Source: the human T2T-CHM13v2.0 reference genome, Homo sapiens. Taken from it: a stretch of 64,000 nt of DNA. Below the pieces are notes generated by a model, which saw nothing but the letters and a program-made list of their open reading frames with translations, ran no database searches and was not told where the DNA came from. Of this stretch, positions 24,401-37,479 are shown piece after piece (positions within the stretch are counted from its first letter, which is position 1; each line of letters opens with the position of its first letter). A program made the position numbers and the translations under genes. Location: assembly GCF_009914755.1 (NCBI RefSeq), contig NC_060926.1, one strand, 5' to 3'.

Positions 24401-25885
24401 CTTGAACTGGTGTGTACTTGTCATTGTTGTCCAGCTGGTTACCGCATGTTGTCATGACTGTAGTTTTGAATAGTCGACTTTGGATTATTTTCAGCTAACA
24501 CTAGATGTCACTTTCCCCCAGTCCATACTAAAGTTCCATGTAAAATTCAGGAAGCCGAGGTTATCCTTCCTATTTCTGTATTAAATGCTAAGCTCCCCTA
24601 TGTGGGTGTAATCCCTCACCTGAGGACTGACCCCAGCCTGTGGCTCTTCATCCCCTGCCCCTCTGAACAAGAAGGCCCTCCAAAAGCTCACCCATTTCTG
24701 GCTGCCTTCCAGGGACCGTGCTGCTTCTTCACCCCATCAGCCTGAACCTTCCTGTTTTCTCCCCTTGCACATTTTAATAAATACTGTTAACAATGCTGTG
24801 AATATGAGGATGTGATTTTGCAATTAGAATTACATGTTAAAATAGTTTGCTTTTTAAGGAGTCTACATTTTTACATCCTATAAATATGATTATAAACTAG
24901 CTACATTTTAATTTAGCAAAGACTTTGGATTTAAGAAAGTGAGTATGCTTCTTATTTAGGGGATACTGTTCTAAACATTTGTAAAATGTAAAGTTATATT
25001 TTTAGTGCAAAAACTATTAAACTTCACAGTCTGCTAACTGCTAAACTGCTAAGTTTTAATTCTGTTTTATCTGTTATACTTTGTAAAGAAACTGCATGTC
25101 ATTCACTTCTCTGGACTTGAAACCTAGATCAGTGCATGGCCTGTTATTTTGCAATAATCCGCATTAGTGTTAATGAAAAAGGTGACCCTCCACTGTCAAG
25201 ATTCTGAGTATCAACTCTGGGAGTTACCAACATTCACTCGACATTTGGGTGAACATCATTTGATGATGGCACCGAATCGTGTTATTATAAAAACAATCAC
25301 ATAGAACATTAGAATCAAGTGTCCTAAATATCGTGCTTATTGGCCTCCATTTTATAAATTTACTTTTCCTCTTGTTTTTATTTGGACCCCAGCTCCAGAA
25401 GACAAACTTTCTTCTTGTACTCAGCCAGTGGCAGTGGTCTCTAAGTATGGACTGACCAGGAAATCACTGTAATTACTCCTACCTTCATCAAAATAGTTTA
25501 AATGACAAATCCTGTGCAAGAATTAAATTCCACTTCTGTAAACAATGCTTATAGTTGCAGATGTTTTATTGTGTAGTTCATAAATTATTATAGGTAAGGG
25601 CACAGCCATGGGGACGCACTCAGATTCCATGGAAGAATGTTTCTGTTCGTTGAGCGGGTGTTTAGAAAATAATCTGCATTTTTGAAGTGGGATACAGCTG
25701 CCAGTTGTTCTGAACAAAATCATCACTTATTTTGGATTTGGCAGCAAGTCCTCTAGCAAGTCCTCTCACTCCGAACAGGGAGGCCTCCCGTAGTCTGGGG
25801 TCCCAGCTACCCTCCTTTTAGAAGCTGGTGCCAGGGAGGCCAAGGGGCCCACATCTGCCACTGTCTCCGGCCCTGCCTCAGAGCC

Positions 25886-26242
25886 TTCCCTGCCCCTGCC
25901 CCTGCCCCTGCATCTGCATCTGCATCTGCCCTGGCCCCACCCACTGCCCTTGTGACTGTGCTGGCCCCTGCCCCTGCCCCTGCCCCTGCCCCTACCCCTG
26001 ACCCTGACTTGTGCCAAATGCTCCGCACCTGCCCCTACCCCTGCCCTGCCCCTGCCCATGCCCTGCACCCACCGCGCCCCGCCCCTGCCCCTGCTCCTGC
26101 CCTGCACCTACCCCTGCCCTGCACCTACCCCTGCCCTGCCACTGCCCCTGCCCCTGCCCCGCCCCTGCCCCACCCCTGCCCCGCCCCGCCCCTGCGCCTC
26201 CCCCTGCCCTGCCCCTGCACCTCCCCCTGCGCCTGCCCCTGC
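25886..26242. repeat. (CCCTGC)n / (GGGGCA)n hexamer repeat, imperfect
   Basis: Directly visible; source of the Pro/Ala/Cys and Gly/Arg ORFs. Confidence 0.95.
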
Positions 26243-27629
26243 TGGGCATTCTGCGCGGACCTTTCCAAAACTCCTCTCTGCAGCTCAGTCCGGAGCAGGG
26301 TTGTGTTCTGCCCTTCCCAGGCTGGAGCATAACCACTCACCCCGTGGCTGCATCCTTCCTCCCTCGGGCCTTCACACACCTTGGTTGGGCACGTGGAGCG
26401 CTGCCTGCCCTGGCCCAGGGCCTTTGCTCAGCTGCCTCTCCTGGAGGCTGCATCTCACCAGGCGCAGCACCTGCCCCCCCAACCCATGCCCCTTCCTGCG
26501 GAGGACCCGCTCCCCCAGGGCCCCGGCCCACCCGTGGCTGTGAATGGGCCCATCTCGGTCGGGCGTCTAGGAGGGAAGTGGCACCTGGGTCCCCTGCTGC
26601 TGTGAGCCCGTGGAGGGGCCGCTTTCAGAAGGACACAGCCCGGGGAACTCGGTTCTGCCCTGCTGCGTGGTAGCTGACCCATGTGTCAGTTGAGCCAATA
26701 AGTATATATCTGAATTAGATGTATGTGTTTCTATGAACTAGAGAGAAAGTTCCGTTTCTGGTTTTTGAACTGATAATTTATTTTGTATTTATGCCCAGTT
26801 TATTTGGATTTAAGTAAAATTGTGCTTTCATATTTTTAGAATAGCTATGTTTTGATTTTAATTTTTCACATCAGCATAAGTTTAATGGTAAATATAATTC
26901 TATTTCTCAGCTGTATCCTGCTCAAGATTATCCTTCATGACTTCTCTGCAGATAATTATATTTTACCAAATGGCTCTGTCAGTTTGCCTTTTTACATGAT
27001 TAAGTTTTCTTTATGTACTGAGAAATATGAAATTACTTCTTATACCTAAACCTGGGGACATCCAGAACCCGATGAGTTAGATGCAGTGTTTTTAGAAACG
27101 TGTGCCAACTTGGTCATAGTTAGCATAGGTCATATGGTCTTGAAAGAAATCCAAGTCTGGTTTTATTCCTAAAACAATCATGGTCTGCAGCAAGGTAGAT
27201 AGAGAAAGTCCAGCCTTTGTATTACCTCCTCAGAAACACTAGAAATTTTACCACCTCCCTGCTTGAGGGGGAGCAACGGATGGGGAACGGTGGTGGGAAG
27301 TAGCTCTGGGTCTCAGGCCTCCTTTTGAAAGTTGGGGGTTTGGCGATGATTAAGTGCCATTTGGAGAATTGCTTTATCATGATGCACCTTACGTACGTGC
27401 AGACACAGACACACAGAATTTAGAGAAGAATGATTGAGTACCTATTAATTGCCACACACTGAGCTGGAAGCTAAAGATAAAAATAGAGTAGAACACCTCT
27501 CAGACCAGGCCAGTGGGGCCCTGACTACCTGAGAGGCAAATTCTAGACAAGCAGACACGAAACAGCACAGGGCAGCTACAATGTGTTCCCTCTTCTATAG
27601 ATGAGGTCGGGCAACATTTGTCTTCCGGC

Positions 27630-27871
27630 ACATGGAAGGCGAGACTGGTACTGAGACTGAGACTGAGACTGAGACGGGAGAGATGCAGTCACAGGCCAGG
27701 GGCACCTGCAGCCACCAGAGCTAGAGGAGGCAGGAAGGAGGCTCCCTGGAGCCTCTGGAGGAATTTGATCCTGGACTTCTGGCTTCCAGAACTGTGAGAA
27801 GATAAATGTGCATTGTTTTAAGCCACTAAGTTTGAGGAAGTGTTGTCATAGCAGCCGTGGGAAGCTAATCA
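27630..27871 (+). mobile_element. MLT1B/C LTR 3' half
   Basis: ctggacttctggcttccagaactgtgagaagataaatgtgcattgttttaagccac...gcagccgtgggaagctaa. Confidence 0.85.
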
Positions 27872-30465
27872 GTCTTTTTAGGTAAGTAATATAGCTTTTA
27901 GGGAATATCTTCTTAGAAATGTAGGGAATTTGAGCCCAGAACCCCCAGGTTAGAACTTACCTAATTGCTAACATCTACTAGGTACTAAGAGCTCTTTGGA
28001 GGGCTTCGTTCCTTTAACACCCCTGGGGTACTGCTGATGCTCCCCACCTACACATAAGACTGTAGAGACGGCAGGTGAGGTGTGGTCCGCATGGTGGCTG
28101 CAGCCCCTGGGCGTCTGACTGTGAGAGAGATGTCTCTATCCCACGTGCAAAGGCTGAGAAATGGCCCCAAATGCGTTTCCTTTAAGTGGTTATTGCTTGT
28201 GAGACAAAAGGATAACAACAGGAATTAGGAAATCAGAATCAGGAGGAATATACAACTGTTTTCTTATAACTGAGGTTGTCATACAAAATGGGAACAGGTT
28301 CATAAGTCGAGTAGATGGCAACAGCTCATGCAGCCCCTCCCCACACACATAGCAGTGAAATGATGTTGAGATCATGCAGAGTACTATGTGATATTCTCCA
28401 GATTTGGTGCTTCAAGATGGATTTTTCATAAAAAGACTCTGCAAAGATATGACATTTTATTGAAGCTGAACTAGCAGAAGCTTTGTCAATTACCTACACT
28501 GTAATTGCTTTAAAAAGGAAAAAAAAGAAAACCTCTAAAGTCACCATTATCTAAATTGGGGTTAAGAATTTGAAAGGTATTGAGAACATGAATTTGTAAC
28601 CAAAATACATTATAATCTAAATAAATGGTCTTTTTTTTTAAAGTGGTTCATTTGAAATCCAGAGAGATATGAAAAAAATTGTGTGGACTTCCAAATTATT
28701 TTCTATTTTAGCTTTCTAGATGTAGTACAGTAAAATGTACTATTTCTTACATAGTTTAATATTTTGATGTTAGGAGTTATAGTATCAAACATGCCTTATG
28801 ACAGTCAAAATTTTGGGATAGTACGATATCTAAAACAATGATGCTTGGGTAAGAGTTAAGAAATTAGAACCAAACTCTGAAACTGCTAATAACAAAAGGT
28901 AATAAAGGATAAGGACTCACACACAGATAAGACCACTTTTTCTCTGTATATAAAATACATTTGTTCTTTGTAGCAACAAAATGAAATAGAACAAATTGTA
29001 ATATATTTTGTAATGTATAACACTTATATAAGGTTTAATTATATTTAAAAAATTCATTTCTATGTTGAATAATATTGTAAATTTAGTAATCGAATAAAGA
29101 GGAAAATCTAGTAGCTGAAAAAAGGAAGTAAACTGAAAGCTTTCCTATCAGAACAAGATACAAACCCACTAGGAAACAGCTGCATATGTGAATTACGTGC
29201 TTTGTAAGCGCTGGGATGTAAATATTCTTTTATGCAACTCTTCCTTATTGAATTGAGGAGAGGACCAGCACAGATCTATGAAAATGCTATGAGCTTTATG
29301 TATTGCAATTATTTTCTTCCAAAGCTTTATCAAATTTTGTCGTGACCTACAGATTCTTTTGGTTTTAATCAGGGTGGAATCAGAATGCTTTTAGATTTGT
29401 AATTTCCATGTTGGCAGGAGGAAGGGAGTCAGGGAGGCCTGGAGTCGGGGGGAGGTCCAGGGTTCAGCTGTGCTAGGGTCGCCTGGTGCAGGGGGCTGCC
29501 TGGGGGTGTGGTGTTCCCGCAGTGGGCTGTGCAAAGTCTCAGGGCGGCCTTTGCTTTACTGGCCTTGGGCTGAATGGAGAAGGTGAACGGAGCAGACCAG
29601 TGTCACAGAATTGCATCGTGCAGGCCTTGCCTTTGTGACCCGGGGCTGGAGGCTGCATCTCGGGTGCCGCTGTGCAGATGGAGGGAACCTTTGGGGATGT
29701 GATTTGAATCTTCCTATCCCCTTCTTTGGAGTAAATACATTTCCTTTATTCCTTTGATGTTTGTATGAATAGTGGCATGGTATCCGTATCTCAGTACTGA
29801 AAGTGAATATGAGATGGAAAAATACAAGGAAGGAAAGTTCCTGTGACCTGGTCTATACCTATCTAGCAGCTCATAGATTTCCTTCTGGCTTTTTCTGGTG
29901 TATATTCTGTAAGTTAAACTCATCCTCAAGATAGAATTTTCTATCCTGCTTTTTAGAATTCTCATTATAAAATGATAATTTTCATAGTTTGCTAAGAAAT
30001 ATCCATCAATTACCATCATCCCCCTGCTTAAGGTTCTTCTGTATCAGTGGAGAGGCTTCGGGCAGGTGTTCCCGTAGGAGGGGGCTCTGTTAATGACACG
30101 GTCCTTTGCCCTTCTGTCTGGAAAGCAGCACCTGTCCTTGCTGCACTGGCTCAGGCGTCTGTGACTAGGGTGACAGTGTTGCTTAGGAATCCCAGCTGAT
30201 AGCCAGGCCTGTTCCCTGGTAGGATCCCACAGTGGGGAATGCTGGGCTTCTGGGCCCCACAGTTCTCCCGAGAGCTCGGGCTGCCTGTTCTCCTTTGTTC
30301 TCTCCTTTGTTGGGAATGCTTCAGTGCACGATGCTTTTCAGGGTAGGGTCATGTGTGCCTTATTTTCTCATCGGTGAGATTGGATTCCTGTTGTCTCCCA
30401 GGTGAGCCCTGGAACTCAGGGTTCAGCTGGATGCAGACAGAGGACTCTGCCCTCGTGGAGGAGCT

Positions 30466-30829
30466 GGGAGCACGGTGAGCTCTGAGGGTTCCGGGGCACG
30501 GCTATAGGTTCTGAAGGGGGTGCTCCTACTGCCTGCTCATGGGAGCACGGTGAGCTCTGAGGGTTCCCGGGCATGGCTGTAGGTTCTGAAGGGGGTGCTC
30601 CTACTGCCTGCTCATGGGAGCATGGTGAGCTCTGAGGGTTCCTAGGTTCTGAAGGGGGTGCTCCTACTGCCTGCTCATGGGAGCACGGTGAGCTCTGAGG
30701 GTTCCCAGGCACGGCTGTAGGTTCTGAAGGGGGTGCTCCTAATGCCTGTTCATGGGAGCACGGTGAGCTCTGAGGGTTCCCGGGCATGGCTGTTGGTTCT
30801 GAAGGGGGTGCTCCTACTGCCTGCTCATG
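30466..30829. repeat. VNTR, 75-bp unit, 5 copies (third copy 12 bp shorter)
   Basis: Unit GGGAGCACGGTGAGCTCTGAGGGTTCC...GGTTCTGAAGGGGGTGCTCCTACTGCCTGCTCAT. Confidence 0.95.
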
Positions 30830-31139
30830 GTCTTGGGACTCCTCACCTGCCCTCCTGCTCCCTGCCACTCCAGGGCACAGCCCCTGGTTTGTCTGTTCCT
30901 GTCACTCCCCGCCTGGACGGGCAGCTCCCATGAATGCTGCCAGCTACTGTAGATAGTGCTGATCACAATAATTTATGATTTCTGATTTTATCACCATTTT
31001 CTGTTGATATAAATCTTTATCTTACTGATATTGCCAGAGTTTCTAGTAAATGAGAAATTGTCATGGTAAATAAAACCAACTTTATTTTGTTTTATATGTT
31101 ATCACCCCTGGGAGGCTTTTGGTTTGAAACTACTGTTAG

Positions 31140-31348
<209 letters not shown>

Positions 31349-31734
31349 TGGAGATGAACCATGTCTGTGAACTTTTCTATAACGTAGCATCTGCATTAGT
31401 ACAGCTGCTGGGAGTTAACACACCACGGTGTGCCCAGGAAATGTTACATTTTAATTTTCTTACTCAGAATGGTAGGATTAGCCATTGAATTTCTCAATTA
31501 TTGGGTTTTCTGCAATATCTTTTAATGGAGCATTTTATTCTTTTTCTTAATTTGTAGGCTTATGTTGTGTCTGTTGTTTTGTTTCCTGGGATCTCTTATG
31601 TCATTTTGAGTTCAGTTTTTCCGCTATTCTGAAATGTGGGTACATTCCCAGTGAATGGGTCTAAGATAGTGACAGCCTGTTTGTCTCCGTGCTGAACTGA
31701 TCATGGCAGTGGATCTTGCTCAGAGAAAGGAAGT

Positions 31735-31865
31735 GCTTTTAGCTAGGCTGGGTTTATAGAAAACACACTGGTATGCACACTTCATGTGAAGCTGCTGAGG
31801 CTTTTAGCCAGGCTGGGTTTATAGAAAACACACTGGTGTGCACACTTCATGTGAAGCTGCTGAGG
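31735..31865. repeat. 65-bp tandem duplication (2 copies)
   Basis: GCTTTTAGCYAGGCTGGGTTTATAGAAAACACACTGGTRTGCACACTTCATGTGAAGCTGCTGAG x2. Confidence 0.95.
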
Positions 31866-32029
31866 AAAATTTACTTTTTAGAACAGCAGTACTTCTTCCC
31901 AGATGAGCAGATGGAAAAATCACATTTCACAATTTCAGTTGAGAAAGATGGAGTTGTACCATTCAATCTAGACTTCATTGGTTCTTCAGTGAAATGTGGA
32001 AATACTGGTAACCTAAGATACATTTCTTA

Positions 32030-32315
32030 TTTTAGTTTTAGTTTTTTGGCTGGAGTGCAGTGGCATGATCATAGCTTACTGCAGCCTTGAACTCCCCAAA
32101 CACCTCAGCTCAAGCAATGCCCCTGCCCCAGCCTCCCGAGTAGCTGGAACCACAGGCACATGCCACTATCCCGGCTAACTTTTTAACTTTTATACCGATG
32201 GGGTCCCATTATGTTGCCCAGGCTGATCTTGAACTCCTGGTCTTGAACTAAGCGACCCTCCTGCCTCGGCCTCCCAAAGTGCTGAGATTGTAGGTGTGAG
32301 CCACCATGCCCAGCC
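32030..32315 (-). mobile_element. AluJ
   Basis: gatcatagcttactgcagccttgaactcc is J-type sequence. Confidence 0.88.
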
Positions 32316-34899
32316 CCAAGATAAGTTTCTTACCATACAAGAAAGCATGAGTTTTGTGGTGACGGTTCTGGATCCGGATCTGCCTTGTGCCTTTTCTTTA
32401 ACCACATCACTCTCAGCTTCTTCATTTGTGTCCTTCGCTGTATCCAGTTACTGGAGTAGCTGCATTTGAAACCATATGAGCCTCTGCAATGCAGAAAAAT
32501 AATTAGATGAAGTAAGGAATTTATCCATGGTACAAATAGAATCAACATATTTCTTGATTATGCCTGTCTTTGAATAAGTAGGTTATGCTGAGTTTTCACT
32601 TCATCTTTGAAATAAATAGAAAAATAATAAATCGAATATGTTTTATTCAACCTCATGATGTTAAGTAATGAAGCCACATAAAACCAAGAAAATTACAGAT
32701 ACCTGTGTAAAGGAGATATGGTGAGCCCTGTCCTGGCTTCTAATTTGATTGAGGAGAGGCACATAAATTGAAAACAAAACAAAAAAACAGTTCATTAAAA
32801 CAGAAGATAAGTGTCATCCCTTAAATTAGAGAATGAGCGTGCTGAGCCCCACATTCACAGGTGCCTCTACTAGCGGGGGATTTGGAGGTACTGCAAATAT
32901 TTCAAACCAGAAAAGGTGAATACTGATGATTTTTGGCGTGGTAACATGATTTCTCATGCCACTCCTGTAGTCTAAAGCTGGTTTGAGTGCCTGCTTTGTG
33001 TCATACTATTCAAAAACTAACTGCAGTTTTTCTTAATTTATTCTTCATTAATCATCAGACTATGATTTGAGCTTTTTTTTAAAAAAAAACTTCATTATTT
33101 GAAAGTGATTAACATTAACATCATTAACATAATGAATTTAAAGCCTATTTTTCCAAAAGCATCACAAAATAAGTACTTTTGAAAATGAAAATATGCTACA
33201 TAAAAATTGAAATGGAATGACCCAAAAAATTCAAAATTGCATTAAAGTAGACAGAAAAAATGTGCTTCAAACAGATAAGAAAGGCAGCGTGCTCAAAAAA
33301 GTTAACTCTTTATTTAACTTTATCATATTTATATGATATACAGTTTTCTAAACATTAGTTCTTCTGGGAAAAGTATTAGGAAGGCGAGCAAGTCAGTTTC
33401 CACGCTTTACACACTTATATGTAAATTAGGTGACCAGGGTTATCACCTATGTTTGGTATACGTGTACCCAAAATAATTAATAATGTTCTTATTGAAATAA
33501 CATGTGCCTTGGGACCAACTCCTAATATTTACACCTTTAAAGATAAAAGTATATTTAATATGCCAGTTTTTAAACTTCACTAAAATTTGGGCCTTTCATT
33601 TTTCTTTTCCACAGTTTTTGACTGGCTTGAATAGTGCCTGGCCCATACTAGGTGCCCAGTAAAAATTGGCTGAAGATATTAATACTAAATTAAAATATTT
33701 CAATTTCAAACTAACTCTAGAATCTTAACAGTTTACAGGACACATCTCCACTCGGTACTAAGTATAAATCCTTTGGAGGGTGTCATGTGAAAATGAAGCT
33801 AACAGTTAAGATAATCCAATTGCATGTTGTTATAAATCTGTCTTCATTTTCTTCTTTTTGTTTCTTCTTTTTGTTTCTTCACTTTGTTCCAAAGTGACCG
33901 TGTCTCTCATTTTTAACAGTTTCAGCTGCCTGCGTTTTCCTGTCTCTAGTCTCAAGGCTCAGCGATCCACGCAGTCACAGTGTGTGCTGCTCTCCCTGTT
34001 GGCGAGCTTTGTAATCAGATCTGTCTTCTTGGTGATATTGAACACCAGTGTTGCTTGTGAAATCCAGGCGTCAGCACTACCTCTGGATCTTGTAATGAAG
34101 CTCCAAGGTAGCCAAAGAACTCACACGTGCCTAACTTTTTAGAAAGAGAGCAATTTTCTAAAATAAATTCCTTATTAAGAAGGAGTCTTCTTATAGTTGT
34201 GTGGAAAGTTTGTTGGAAGCATCTTTCATTGACTTGTATACTGTGTTCTAAGGACATGAGGGAGCCCTTCCTGTCCCATGGTGTCTCCGCCTGCCTCCGC
34301 CCCTTCGTGCCAGGGTTACTGATTTGCTTCAGGTGCCTTTAGGATTTTTGCAGGAAAAGAGTCAATATTTAACATTTTACTTCCAGGAGAGCAGTCCCAA
34401 ACAAATCCTTCTCATCCATATTGCTGACTGTAGGATGCAGATGTGTTTGCAGGAAATGTGTTAGGGAGGTTCCCAGCATCACCCCATGAGAAGGATGGGA
34501 GGAGGAAGGGCTGGACAAGGGGCCCTGAGGGATGAGGCCTTGGTTGATCCTACAAGGAGTTCTGAAGACAGGACAAGCCTTTGAAAGCCTCCCCTGTGGG
34601 GAAGAGACACTGGGTCCTTGGAAGTGCAGGGTCCTCGAGACACGGGGAGCTCTGGGGTGAGGCTGTTCCTGAGAGGCTGAGCCCTGGGCACTCTGCCACA
34701 GCGGGTCCCGCCCTGTGCCAGGAAGAATCTGAGCAGCCTTGCCGTCCACTGCGTGTGACACTCGGTTCCATGCTTGGGGTAGGTTCTGAGAAGAGCTCCT
34801 CTTGGGTGGGGTTTCTCCACCAAGGAACTTGGAAGACGGGGAGAATGGGTGGCAGCCCCCTCTGTCCTGTTGGCCCTGGGGCTCCTGTGCCCTGGTTCT

Positions 34900-35940
34900 G
34901 GTCCTGCTCCTTGGCCCCTCAGTCCACCTCCTTGGCCACCTGCTTTTCCTCCTTGGTCCCCTGTCCTTTTCCTGCACCCCCAATCTTCATCCTTGGCCCT
35001 GAATCCTCCTTAGTCCCCCAGTCCTCCTCTGGACTCCAGTTCTCCTCCTTGGACCCCAGTCCTCCTCCTTGGACCCCAATCCTCCTCCTGGTCCCCAGTC
35101 CTCCTCCTTGGACCCCAATCCTCCTCCTGGTCCCCAGTCCTCCTCCTTGGACCCCAATCCTCCTCCTGGTCCCCAGTCCTCCTCCTGGTCCCCAGTCCTC
35201 CTCCTTGGACCCCAATCCTCCTCCTGGTCCCCAGTCCTCCTCCTTGGACCCCAATCCTCCTCCTGGTCCCCAGTCCTCCTCCTTGGACCCCAATCCTCCT
35301 CCTGGCCCCCAGTCCTCCTCCTTGGACCCCAATCCTCCTCCTGGTCCCCAGTCCTCCTCCTGGTCCCCAATCCTCCTCCTGGTCCCCAGTCCTCCTCTGG
35401 ACTCCAGTTCTCCTCCTTGGACCCCAGTCCTCCTCCTTGGACCCCAATCCTCCTCCTGGTCCCCAGTCCTCCTCCTTGGACCCCAATCCTCCTCCTGGCC
35501 CCCAGTCCTCCTCCTTGGACCCCAATCCTCCTCCTGGTCCCCAGTCCTCCTCCTTGGACCCCAATCCTCCTCCTGGCCCCCAGTCCTCCTCCTTGGACCC
35601 CAATCCTCCTCCTGGTCCCCAGTCCTCCTCCTTGGACCCCAATCCTCCTCCTGGTCCCCAGTCCTCCTCCTTGGACCCCAATCCTCCTCCTGGTCCCCAG
35701 TCCTCCTCCTTGGACCCTTGTTTCTCCTCCTTGATCCCTTGGCCTCCTTGGTCTCCCTGTTCCTGTTGGTTGCCTCCTCCTCCTTGACTTGGTCCTCCTC
35801 CTTGATCCTCTGGTCTTCTTCAGGGTCCCCTCCTCCTGGCCTCTCGGTCCTCCTCCTTGACCCCCTGGTCCTCTTCTGTGGTCCCCTCCTCCTCTGTGGC
35901 CCCCTCCTCCTCCGTTGCCCCTGGTCCTCCTCGTCCTTTG
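34900..35940. repeat. Pyrimidine-rich VNTR: 19/20-bp monomers forming a 39-bp dimer (core 35010-35720) with degenerate flanks
   Basis: CCTCCTCCTTGGACCCCAAT + CCTCCTCCTGGTCCCCAGT; 13-aa periodicity in the ORFs. Confidence 0.97.
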
Positions 35941-36977
35941 GGCTGCCCTCGGCTCGGGGGCTGCTGCTGCTGGCGGGGGTGTCAGCTGCCCAGTGTGTGC
36001 TCTCCCCTGGAATTCCACTGGATGGGGTGGGGGGTTTCCTTCTGTCTTTTACTCCATCTGTGTTGTCCATGCAGCTGGGCCCCCTACAGTCTTCTCCAGA
36101 AGGACCTGTATGGGGGTGGCTGACAGGTAACCTGCTCCCTGCACATGGCTCTCCACCCTCCATGGTGAGCCAGGCTGGCACCTGGGCAGGAGTCAAGGGC
36201 CGCCTTGGCCTGGGCTGACCCTGGACCCACAGAGACCCTTAGGGCGGGCTGGGCCCAGCTTCTCCCGGCTGCTCCCGGCTCCTCCCAGCTGCTCCCACTC
36301 AGTCCCTGCTTCTTCGGTCCTGTGTGTCGGACCCATCCCTACCATGGCCTTGCTGCTTCTCTCGCCTCCATGCATGCCCAGGGTCCCCCGTGGAACCTGC
36401 TTCACAGCGAGTCCTGCCCTGGCATTTGCTCTTGTGGGGCCTGGACCAGAACCCACCTTGTCCCACCTCCCTTCTCTGTGCCACATTCTGTGTGGGGTCT
36501 TCAGTTACTTCTGGGTCATCAAAACTGGTTAGTTTTGATGTTTTAAAAATGTTTGTTGTTGCACTTACAATAACTTCTTCTGGGTATTTATATCTATTAA
36601 GAGTACTTATTTTACATTTTTTTTTACTTAAAAATTTAAATATCTGCAATCTTTGCCTGATTCTGCAATTTGTTACTTTTGTCTTTTTTTAATCTTGAGA
36701 GAAAATGCTTATTTTCTTGTGTTTTGGATAATTTCTCATTGTGTTCATTTGAACTCTGATGGTGAGAATTCTTTAAGGAATATGTTCCTTTCATCTTTAT
36801 CTGTAAGATTTTTGAGATTTGTAAAGGCTTTTATAATGCATAATTCATAAGAGAAGAATACTTCTGACTATAAGGAAATTTTTCAAAATCATGTAGGACA
36901 AAACAAAATATAAATAAGTTATAAAATGAATGCAAAACAATGAAATAGAAAAGTATTTCAAAAACAAATAATAGTTT

Positions 36978-37298
<321 letters not shown>

Positions 37299-37479
37299 TT
37301 AATGGCTATATTTTTAATTTTAAAAAGCTTCTGAAATGAGAAACTTTAAAAGTCCAAAAGAAAAATGTACAAAGAATATAAATTTACCTTAAAGCAGAAA
37401 GAATTGTCACTAGTCAAAAATATATATGAGAAAATATGCGCCCTGTTCAGGCAGACCAGGGACAGGAGTGCAGACTCTG

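Noticed and set aside
25886-26242. SVA 5' hexamer
   Set aside because: The unit is CCCTGC, not CCCTCT, and there is no Alu-like, SVA-VNTR or SINE-R domain
33590-33925. Polypyrimidine-CAG acceptor-like sites (33613, 33920) as alternative SNTG2 exons
   Set aside because: No syntrophin-like reading frame or convincing paired donor; such motifs are common in introns
34581-36218. 545-aa Pro-rich and 425-aa acidic/Arg-rich ORFs
   Set aside because: Products of the 39-bp VNTR, open in several frames on both strands
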